A stretch of 64,000 nt of DNA. Origin: Trichinella spiralis. Its lineage: Eukaryota. The position numbers and the translations under genes were made by a program. This document shows, piece by piece, positions 46,631 through 58,900 of this stretch. Positions within the stretch are counted from its first letter, which is position 1. Each line of letters starts with the position of its first letter. The stretch spans positions 1,421,647 to 1,485,646 of the forward strand of contig NW_003526943.1 of NCBI RefSeq assembly GCF_000181795.1. The letters run 5' to 3'. A model generated the notes under the pieces. It was not told where the DNA came from and did not search any database. It was given only the letters and a program-made list of their open reading frames with translations.

Positions 46631-49359
46631 ATGCCGCATAGAAGTTCCAGTCGTGAAACTGCTAGAAGTGGATCTACTCTGAGTTCCAGAACATCTTATA
46701 AGTCAATCTCTAGAAGCCTGAAGCCTAAAGTTTATGGAGACATATATTCATCGTTTGAATTACCAGGAACAAAAATATATCGTTCTGATGAGGTTAGTTT
46801 GTTGAAAAATCACTTTAAAATTGCATTGTCAATAAAGTTTATACTTTCAATTAGATGTGATTTAAGCAAATTTAATGTTTTTGACTTTAATATTACGCAG
46901 TGGTAGTTTTGAAAAGAATATCTTGCACCTTAAGTAGATTAGAATTAAAATTTTATTAAAAAAATTAAACAGTAAAGTTAGTAAAATAATAATTCATTTT
47001 TTACAGCTTTATCACGGACTAGTACTGCTGAGTGATAATAAAGGTTTTGGCTATCCAGCTCGCATAGAACTTACTCCGGAAACGTTAACTGTGCAACTGC
47101 CAAAGGCATTTGGTTCATCAGAGCTAGAAAAACTGACTGAATCAATACGTACTGTTACCATTTCTCGTCATCCAGATGGTGGACTTGGTTTCTCAATTAA
47201 AGAACGTTGAATAATAATTGAGTATAATATAAAACTAAAAAATGAGCTAATTTTAGGGTGGTGAAGATGGATCTTGCAAAGTTCCCATTCTTGTTTCTAA
47301 GATATCAGAAATGCAATTATGTAAGTATTCAGAATATCTTTATGTAAAATAACTTTGTGTTTATAAAATCTTAGCTGACATTCATTAATTTAATATTTAA
47401 ATGATAAATTTTTTAAATATTTATTCCTTAAATTATTATTAAGTAAAAAATGAATAAGAAGTAATTAAATGTAAACTGGTAAAAATGAAAAATAATTAAA
47501 TAGATTGCGTAACTAATTTGTACAAAAATTTTAATTTAAATGATTCTGTAGTTAATAGTAATTATTTAAAAAATGCCGTACTGCAGAATTCAAATAGTTA
47601 AAGCAATAATAATATATTGCCAGCTTAAGTGATTTATTATTTCAGGTTGTTCAGATGCTCCTCTGTTTATTGGTGACACTATTATTGCGGTAACGTATTG
47701 TAATGTTTGGAAAATAAGCTATAATTCAGCTATCATTATAGATCAACGATGATCTCGTAGAAGGGAAGACACATGATGAAGTAGTCCAAATGCTACATGA
47801 CAGCGGTTCTGAAGTAAAATTGAAAGTGAAGTTCAACAGCGGAATGGCTCAGTTTTTGTGCAAAGGCATGCATTAAATGCAATTAAATGCAATTACTTTT
47901 GTAATTATTATTTTTTTAATAGGCACAATGTCTACAGACAGTCGTAGGAATGGAAGCAATGGAGATAAAATCAGTCAAGCATCTGATCATGAAAATTTTA
48001 TTTCTTTAGTAAACGTAGCCTCTGACATTCAACCTCCAAAAGGATGGAAGAATTTTGTCATCCTTCCTTTACAGATGGCTTACATAACTCGTTACCTTTG
48101 GGGAACAGACAAACTCAGGTTTAAAAGTCAATTCTGATGTCAATATTAAAAAGCACTTATATTTAAGGTCAAATGGATTCGAAGTTCGTTCTGTCGATGG
48201 CTCCAGTAGTGGAGTCATCCATTGTGAAGACCCGAAAGTTTTATCGTTGTGGGTGGGCTACATCGACAGCAATATATCTGAGTTAAACAATAAATCCATT
48301 AAATTGTCCAATAAATATTTGCATCCGGATGAGCTGGTTAGGAAGTTTTATATTTACAGTTTTTTCTGTATTGATAATTCCGTTATAATTAGATTGTTTA
48401 TCTTGGATGGTTGTGTGAAAGAGTAAATGTTACAAATGCAGAATCAAGTGATTTCCTCAAAACATGGGAACCTAGATTTGTAATGCTGAAAGGAAATGAA
48501 TTTTATTTGTTCGAAACACCTCCAGTAAAATTAATATTCTATTAAGCACGAAATCTTATTTGTACAATATTTTTATGTCATAGCTGAGCGTTGAAGAACT
48601 GAAATCTTCTTTAACATGCCAGAAGATATTAGAGACGCGATTTAGAGATTTGAAAGTAATATCTGTTTTACACTATTTAAAACAGATATCAAATTATAAT
48701 GATTTTAGGAACATGAAAAGGTTGGTAAACGAGAACATTGCTTTATTATCGAAACAGCCTTTGGAGAAAATTTGTATTTAAGCGTTGAATCATCAGATCA
48801 ATTTGTTCAGCTACGTGGAGCTTGGCAACGCTGCACTTATTATGCTATTAATAAACTTGAAGTAAATAATTTTTTAATTTACCACTTTAACGATCCACTT
48901 TTTTAGACATATACATTTGCTTGTGCCATGGAAGACCGTCCGTCTGCTATAATATTTGATATTCGACATGGGATAGGAATGTATGATATCCCGACAAAAG
49001 TAACGGTTGTTTAATTTTTATAATAGGATGCATTGTATGCAATTATAGAAGTATCTTCGATGGTACAAGTTTTCTGAGTTGCAATCTTCTGCGGACGATG
49101 GAAAATTGCGAATACGATTGGTGTTTTACAATAAGAAGTTTGAAAACAATCAACACATATTGGTAAACTGATGAAAGCTTAGTAGTAACATGTTGAATAA
49201 TTTTTTATGTAGGACTTAGACTGCACTGATTTCCGAAAGTTGATATTTTATTTGCACGCTTTTTTGCTGGCTCGAATAATGAGCGTTGATCCGGATTATT
49301 TAAATCTAAAAACACATAAAGAAAAGGCAGTATCCACAGCTCCTGTTGGTACCGTATAA
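46631..49359 (+). CDS. stn-2: Gamma-syntrophin (split PH, PDZ, PH2, SU domain), about 13 exons
   Basis: PDZ: IRTVTISRHPDGGLGFSIK|GGEDGSCKVPILVSKI...LFIGDTIIA|INDDLVEGKTHDEVVQML. Also LPLQMAYITRYLWGTDKLR|SNGFEV, YLGWLCERV, WEPRFVMLKGNEFYLFETPP, YKFSELQSSADDGK, LIFYLHAFLLARIMSVDPDYL. Stop TAA 49357-49359. Two joins need non-canonical donors (see findings). Confidence 0.88.
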
Positions 49360-49684
49360 TATCCTTCCACCTGAATGCATGCCAGTTGAATTTTAATAAA
49401 GACTTTAATATGTAATTTAAACGTGTTAATCATGCATTGCGACATATTCCATAATGATACACATAAAATGAAAAGCTGCTAAAGGTTATTATGGCCTTCC
49501 AAAAGGCCATTACTAATTTCCAGCATTGCACCGGTTTAATAGCCGTAAAGAAGCTGATAAACAGATAAAGTGGGTGCACCTTTCTGCTTCAACATCAATT
49601 AACATACATTCTGATACAGTAGTCATTAAAAAACAATAGTAATATTCAGTTGTACTGCGTTAATGGCATTGTCAGTATTTTTAT

Positions 49685-49889
49685 CTAATGTTGCTGAGTG
49701 TGCTTTGATTTTGTTGTTGTGCTAGTTTGACTGATGAAACGTTCCACACCACCATACCCGTCAGCATCTGGAACCACTTGATGAGTTTGCTTAGCAGAGG
49801 TTTTTGTGTCAAACGTTTCCTACAAAAATGCAGAAGAACATAAGAAAGCATACTTTCTACATTATAATAACAATCTTTAAATACTTTTC

Positions 49890-49932
<43 letters not shown>

Positions 49933-52900
49933 GCTATAAATTAAAATTCTATAAATTATGAATTTGAAGCTTATTTAAAAATGGTAAGAACAGCACAGCA
50001 GCAGAATAATAACAATGTGCAATAAATCTTACCCCTAGTACACATTGAGATGATGTTTCTGACTCTCCTTCATCATACTCTGTGCTGGAAAAATCTTGCT
50101 CATCCTACAATAAAACAAAAGGCTACTTTTCTCAAGAATAATAAGTGGTATTTCAGGTATAATTATTTACATCAAATGCGTTGGTTATGCATTTCTGTGA
50201 ACTGAACGTTTTCATTGCAGCTTGAGATTCAGAAGCTTTACCCTAAATGAAGTCAATTATTTAGCACTGAAATAATTTTGAAAGGTTATATGGTGAAACC
50301 TATAAATAAATGCTTTGAAATTAAATGTCTTTTAAATTATTTCCATATTTTCTGTCTCATGCGCTAAAGTTAGAAATGAAAATTTTATCTATGTCAACAT
50401 ACTTCTTCAATATTTTCAGGTGGGTATACATTAAACACAGCTTTTGTATTGCCAGCACCATGAATAGTCTTGGTTGTAATTGTGCGTTTTGTATCTTTCG
50501 TTACTCTTCTTTGAATCTCTTCTTGATAAGACCCTGATGAATATTCTGACTCAGACATATCATCTCGATATCCTGCACCTCTTCTGGGTATTCCCTGGAG
50601 CACGTCAGAAAACGCAATGGTCTCTGATCCAAGTTGTTCATCACCCGCGTGTTGTCCAGCAGAATCCAGGTATTGCATCATCCGCCGATCTGGGCTTGCT
50701 TCAGCTGCTGCAAACATTTTGATTAAATATAAATGATAAAACGGATTTTCATTTATCTTTACCATATCCTTTCATCGGATGATCTTTCAGTTTAGCTCGT
50801 GGGATAGAAAAGTCAGTGTAGAAGTCAGATTCTCTACCGTAGCCGGCAGATAAGCCTTCGCTTCCAGAGCTTCCGCCCATCTCACGATAAACCAGACCAC
50901 GGTTTCTAATAAAATGGCTGAAAAAGGATATAATTTAAAATTAAAAAGTAACTCTTATTAAGAGTTTACCATTTCAAGCAAAAATACAGGCAGCAGAGCA
51001 ATGTGAGCAGGAAAAATATTATGGCAAAAATGATGACTAATATAATTCTCACATCCGTGGTACATTTTTCTCCTGTGTACCAGTCGTGACATCTAATGAA
51101 TTTTGTATTATCTTAAATTTAGTCATTTTACATATAAATAAAACTCACTGGCAGTATGTTTGATTGTCTTTAAAAACACAGTCTCCATGATAATTGCACT
51201 CAGCACAGGAATCTAACTTTTCTTGGCATAAGACACCTTCATAAATCATGGTACCATCTGGGCAGCGACACTGCGGTGAATCACCTCTACCACCAATGCA
51301 AACAGCAGGAGGTATGCAGTTATGAAGACCCAGTGCACATCTGTCTACATCTTGTGGTTCTGTAGAAATAAATAATTTAAGATATTGTTTCAGTAACTGA
51401 GAAATAACATACTGAGACAAAAAACGTCATCAAGACCAAACTGTGCTCTGACAGTGATCGGACTTTTCCGAATGTCTAAATACCCATCCAAGCATTGGCA
51501 GTCTGCTCGATCACCATAATTAACACATGTTGCATTTTTTTCTTTGCAAAATGGCAAATCAACACAAAGATCATATACGCAGTTTGTTCCTTTCATTCCG
51601 ATGAAACCGTGTGGTTCAGAAAATCCTGCTTTACATTCACATCGATACTGACCATTAGAAAGGAAAACACATTCAGCATTTGGATCGCAGTTATTTAGCG
51701 CAGGGTCTGAGCATGGATTTACCACTAAAAATATATCTTGATTGAAAACACACACATACATATATAAATATCACATCGAAATGTTTCATACAAATGGAGC
51801 ACTGTCGTCCTGGATTTCGCGGTTGCTTATCTTCATAGTTCTCTGGGCATTTGCAAGTGTAACCACCATCAGCCAGAGGTATGCAGATACCTCCTTTGAA
51901 GCAGTCGTTTTTGTAGCAAGCAATAGACGGTTGCCATTCATTAATATACAATTCTGTTCCTCCAATAGAATAAGCAGTCCCTCTGATAGAATCCAAAAGC
52001 TGTGTATGTGCTTCCTGAGCTGTAAGCGATGGAGCCGGTGTAAAATGTACAATAAAATCGAACCATAGTCCTTTTCCAAATGTAGAGTTTACTGATGACG
52101 GATTAGAAATATCTCGTACGGCGACATCAAGAAAATTATTATTTAAGGGAGTTCTATCATAAGCACGTTTCACCTAAATTATTAACATAAATTATTAATA
52201 AATTAGCATTTATTTATTTGCACATTTTTGTTGCAGTTTCTTTCTTACCCCAGTTTCAAACATGCCAACCACTTCTTTTCGCAGTGGGCTATTGCTATCT
52301 GAATAATTTTTGCCAAAGTACAGTGGATCTTGATTTCGGCGAATTACCCAGAGTGGCAATGAAATGGGTATCGTTTCTGTTAAAAAATTCTTTTTATAAT
52401 TTACATTCATGAAGCATATTTGCATACCTATACAAGGATCATTTTCATGTTTTCTTCCAAATCCGAAAGGACAAGCACAGAGACGATTGCCTATGCAAAC
52501 TTCACCAAGTGAAGATTTGCAAACTAAATTTCCGCAAGGAAGTTCAGATTTTGCTTTAGGCGGAGGTTCTGAAATATGTATTTCAGTAAAAGAATATGAT
52601 CTTCATTTATAAATTTTAAAGTTTAAAAGGGTCTGTTTAGAAAAACTGAAAAAGTGGAATGCTTACTGCAAGGATCAACATTTTCATCCACATGCAATTG
52701 TGAACTGCCAATCTTATATCCTGATTCCTTTATTCCTTGCATAAACGTATTACAAAACTTTTCTTTATCAGTAGCTCCTGGACTGACGGCAAACGTAGTG
52801 TTGAATAGCAGACCAGAACCTACATTTGGATAGGTTTTCGAAGGATCATTTATCTGATCAACACTGAAACTAACAGTAGAAGAATCTGTTTCTGGTAAAG

Positions 52901-55900
52901 ATTTCACTGCTTGTCCAACCTAGTAGCCGAATTAGTTTAGTGGTTAAATCGTATCTTATTTTATCATGCTTACCGCAGTAAGGTAAACATTGTGCATTTC
53001 TATAAATCTTGAATCATCTGGATGTTCATAAACAGTACTCCATTGCAATGGCATGGATGCCCAGCGGTCAACCACAATGGGTATAGTGAAAGTGTCTACT
53101 TGGATACATGGCTGTCCTTCTAAACGACGGCTCATTCCAGGTGGACATACACATTCACCGTTATGACATATCTCGCCAAGTGATGAATAACAGTAGTTGT
53201 CTCCACAGTTAGGAAAAGGGGTAGTAATGCGGGGTGTAGTTACTAAATTATAATATATCATATATTAACATTAAAAGTTGTTTTAAATAAAATGTATTGT
53301 TTCCAATTCAGTTAAAAAAGCATAACAGTGAAACGTATAGTGAAACATTATACCTATCATAGGAACACATTTGGTTCCAGGATGAACAACATTTCTGTCT
53401 ACATATCCTTCAGGACATTTGCAAGCGCACACACCATCTCCTCGATCTATTATAATAGAGCGGGAGTCGCAGGTGTGTTGATAGCACGCAAATGGTGGCT
53501 GATACTCATTGATATACAAATCGGTACCACCAACTGAATAATGTGTTTCCAAAATTGAACCAAGAAGATGATTATAGGCTTCAGAAGGACTGGGTTCATA
53601 TCCTTTCAAAAAGTATGTTGTAAACTCAAACCAAAGTCCATCATTCCATGTGGAATTCATAGTTCGTGGATCACGAATATCACGCACTTCATTTCCAGTA
53701 TATTGTGGATAAATAGCTGTTCGAGCGAATGCACGCTTTATCTAAAAAAAGTTTTTTTTCAATTAGATTCAAGACTAAGTTTTCAATAGTAGCTACATTT
53801 TTTATCAGCTTTTAAATTACTCTTGTGAAAAATGTAATGCAATTAAAACGTTTTCTTTAAAAATAGTTTTGCTTTATCAGAAAGTGTCTGTCAGTTTCTG
53901 TCAGTTAGATTTTACATTGTTAATACTGATGGGAAATAATCAAATTATTCAAATCAAAGTGTATTTAAAGGTACTATATTCAGTGATTTTGGCGATTTAG
54001 GATTTAATAAAGTGATATATGTCTTTCTTTCATAAATGAGTAAACGTACTCCATCTGTGAATGTGTTGACAATATTTTGATATTCTGGACTGGACGTGTC
54101 TCCATATGCATTGTTGAACTGTAATGTTTGATGTCCTTTTCTTTTAATTAGCAGTGGCAGGTTAATGGCAACTACATCTAAAATAAACTTTTTGTCATAC
54201 TGTAAAGCAACTGCTTGAAATCAGATTAGACCTTGGCAGTGATCATGAGGATCATGACGGCCTTTTCCGTACGGACAAGCACAAATCTGTTCACCAATAC
54301 AGACTTCTCCAAGATCCTCTTTGCATGTCAGTCCTCCACAAGATGGGGGCATTTGTTTTGGAATCATTGGACCTAAATTGAGTTTTCTGATTTCGTATTT
54401 ATGCTAATGTAACTCAATAAGCTTAAAAGCTTAACTATTACTTTTGATTTATTGTTAACTACAGTAAATTTAACTTGCAAATATTCCAAGTTTTAAAACA
54501 ATCACTTGATGTTCTCATTTGCATGCATTGTTAAAGTTTGGAATGACACTTACGACAGATGTCAAATGACTCTGGGGTGTGCAGCTGTGTTTTTCCAATG
54601 ATGTCACCAGCATTCTTTATGCTAGCTTGAAGTTGTCTGCAAACAACTTCTGCGGGAGGTCCACCACGCTGCATTTGAATAGAAGCGTCAACAAGAAGAC
54701 CTTCAGGTAATTTAGAATTTATATGATGAGCGTTTTTAATTTCCAGAACTTGTGTATTAATATAGGCGGGTTCAACGTCAGTAGAGCTTAGAGCTTCTCC
54801 AACCTTAAAATTAAAGCAAACTTTAGTGATTCAAACTGGCAAAAATGGTGAAGCTTACCCCCTTAGAAAATAAGTCAGATATTTCCACAAAACGTGGATG
54901 ATCTGAGTCAGAAAATGTACTGGACCAAACAAGGGGGCTTTCACCAAGACGATTCACAATAACAGGGATAGTAACAGTATCAACTGGGCGGCAATTATCA
55001 TAGCTGTTTGCTCGACCAAAGCCAGGTGGGCATGAACATTGTCCACGTAAGCAGACTTCACCTCGATTTGAACAACAAAGCTTAGTTCCACACTGTATAT
55101 CACAGGGAGCTTCTGTTGTGACAGGAGGAGGAGTTGAAACTAAAAAATATTCTTATGCCTTATTTAAAGTTCGAATTATTTTAAACTTGGTACTTTGCAG
55201 ACAGTTTCTTCCAGGTCTTGATGGATCCATGTCCTTGTAACCTTCTTTACAAAAGCACACATATGAAGATTCAGTATCTTGACATTCAGCATTTGGATCA
55301 CAGTCATTTAAATTTGGATCGCTACATTCATTATCTATAAGATATGCATTTGTGTTTTCCATGAATTCTTATTAGTTTTTTCTATAATGCATTACATTTG
55401 CAAATACGCCCTGGCTTTTGGGGATCTGGTGAATGATCGACGTAAGGCGGCTTACATTTGCAACTATATCCAACTAGCAAATCCGTGCAAATAGCATTGG
55501 GGTGACAGTCGTTCAAATTGTATGACTCACATTCATTTATCACTTAAAATTTTAAAAATAATGTTATTAATATATGATGAAACATTATTCAGAAACTACT
55601 TACCTAAACTGCACTCCCTTCCTGGTGACTGGGGATTTGTATCATGATAGCCTTCTAGACACTCACAAGTGTAACCAATTTCTTTATCAATACATTTTGC
55701 ATAACGGCTGCAGTTGTTCATTTGGAAATTTTCGCATTCGTTCACAACTAAACATTTCACAGGAAGATCATGCATTTTCTATAATAGTCAGTATTATTGA
55801 ATATTTAAACGTACGTTGAGTACACTGTCGTCCAGGTGCTCGTGCTTTGTCCGGAGATGTATCCAAATAACCTGTTTTGCACGTACAAGTGTAGCTGCGT

Positions 55901-58900
55901 CCAGATTTTTCGCACAAAGCATGAGGATCACAGTCATTCATTCTATTATCACGACATGGATCTGTGGCTGCAAAGCATATATTGCATAATCGCTAGTAAA
56001 CTTACAATTAAATTGATTTTATGATGATTTCACTTTTTATAATTATTATAATAATTAATTAAAGCTGTTATTTTTGTAACTTATATCATTATGATGTTTG
56101 ACGTGGTAGTTTAATTTCAAAGATGCTTTAAATAAAAACGTAAAATCGAACGTACCTGGCTCACATACTCGACCGGGGTACTGAGATGGATTTGGTGAAA
56201 CATCATCAAATCCGTCACGACATTTGCAAGAATAATTTTCTTCACCAACTTCTAGACACCATGCATAATGGCTGCAGTCGTTTCTGCTTGGATCAGAGCA
56301 CGGGCTTTTCTCTGAATTAAGTAATCAATAATTCATTTAAAAATACTTAGGGCTATAAGCATACTTGGGACGCATAAGCGACCAGGTAGATTAGGATTTG
56401 GAGATTTGTCCATATATCCAGATGGGCATGGTTCACAAGTATACTGGCCGCTTTCAGCATCAGTAGTGCGACACCTACCTTGCCAACAATCATTTTTATC
56501 CGGTGATTGACAAACATCTATAATTATGTTACATCATACATGTATTACTTATGTGCTAGAATGTATAACTACCTGGTACACATTTTCGACCTGGAGATTG
56601 CAACGGTGATATATCTCTATAACCAGGTTTACAATGACACAAATATCCTGTATCTGTATCAGTGCATTCTGCATTTTCTGAGCAGTTATTTAAAGAGGGA
56701 TCAGCACACTCGTTAACTTCTGAAGATGAAGGCTTGATTGTTTTTAGGAATTAATTTGATTTTGACATACTTTTTTTGCAAACCAAACCAGGGCTTTGTT
56801 TCAGATTGGGTGACATATCTAAATAGCCATCACGACATTGACATGTAAAGCCTCCTGTGGCGGTTGGAAAACAGAGAGCATCAGGAGAGCAGTTATGCCT
56901 TCCACTTTCACAGGGATTTAAAGCTGCATATATGAAATCAATGAAAAAAATTATAAATATTATTTACAGAAGAAATAAATACGTTTCTCGCAAATTCGTC
57001 CGGGTTCACGGATTGGATCACGGCTTTTGTCAATGTATCCAGGAAGGCAGGAGCAAATATAGCTGTCAAATGTATCCGTACAAGTAGCATGTGGAGAACA
57101 GTCATGCAACTGATGAGCACATTCATCAACAGCTTTAAGCAGAGAAATTTATGATTACATAAATAGAAGCAAACATATATTAATACTCACTGCATATTCC
57201 TGTATTGGGATCACGCAAATGTTTTTCAGGACATTGACATGACATTTTGGATGGATCGTGCCGATTTCGTAGGCAAACTTCTTTTTTCCTTGGATCACAA
57301 ATTGGTTTACAGAATGATCCTTTTGGCTCTATAATTTATAATGTTAAATTTTTATTTTAACATTTTCACATTTATATATTATTACCACATTTTCCTGTAG
57401 CATAGTTGTAATCTTCATTTGCTGAGCACTGGTAAGAATGTGACACTTTTACTAAATTAGAAGCATATAATATACTTATTACTAATAAAATTGCAAAGTA
57501 AATTTTTACATACCACATGTATTTTCAGAAGGATGACAGATGTGGTCATCTGGACATGCGCATCTTGCATCACCATAGATTGTTTTTTTGCACACAGTTG
57601 GAAACGGACAGCTTGTAGGTAATTCAGGATTGCATGAGGAAAATCCTATCAAAGAATAAAATTCATGTTTTATAATACCTATTACTTCTGTTATCCCTAA
57701 AATTATATATTTCATGTTCTAAAATGAGCAAATAGAAATAAAGAACTGAAATCATGAAAAAATAAGAAAGTAGTATGAATATTTTTGAAATTTTGATTTT
57801 TATAAATGCCCCCAAGTGTTTTTTTAAAATATTTACCACATTCTCCAGTCTTCAAATTTTTGCAAAATCCATATCCACAACCGCACTTTCCTTGAATGCA
57901 AACTTGGTTAAGTGTTCTGTCACAAGGATTTTGCACTTCATTTTCAGGCACAGCACATGATCGTGATGGTGGAATGGATGCAACATCACTTTCTAAATAT
58001 GTTCCAGGATATTTTTTCAATACAGTTTTTGTTGATGCTTTAACTACTACAATTTTAGCTTAACTTATTTGGATGAACTATAAATTTAAAATTCTTCTCA
58101 AAATCACCTTGCTAATTAATATTAAAAGTAAAATAATACTTCTCTTGCATTACTGATTTTGCACTTCCAGATAAAAAAGTAAATTTCAAAATTAAAATGG
58201 TATAAAAGAAATATATTAGAAAATAAGCCTAAATACTACCTTTGCACATTTCTTTTTGAATTTTCGCTCGAAGTCGAGTATTCAACTCTGCAAATGTTCC
58301 CACTATAAAGTATCTGTCCTTGCTTCCTGCTATTTGTTCCAGTTCAGATTCCAGAACATGATTAGTTACACCAACAGCATACAAAGAAATATTATGGCGT
58401 CGAGCTTCATCAGCTGGAATTTTCACATTGTCCTGGGCGCGTCCGTCAGTGATGACTACTCCAATTTTGTAGACATTGGGATCACGTGTTCGAGCACCCA
58501 TCTGAGCCGTAAAAGTATTTTTAGTCATGAACTGTAGTGCAGCACCTGTTTTTGTTAAGCCACCGACGTATCGGATATTTCTTATAGCTTGTTGCAACTG
58601 ATCAATGTTTTTGTGTTGATTCAAATAAAATTCTGGCTTCACTTGTCCAGTGTATTGAATAATTCCCACACGTGTTCGGTCTTCATTGATGTCAAAAAGT
58701 GTGACAAACTCATGTACAAAACGCATTACATATTTGTAGAAAATTTCAGTTCCAATACTTCCAGATCCATCAATGAGGAAAACTAAGTCTGTTGGCTGAG
58801 TGGGGCATAGTGTCTCTAAAATGAATTATACCATATTATTTACAGTATGAATTGTAGTATAAATTAAAAAAATGCATGTACGCAGTGTACAAACGCGTCC

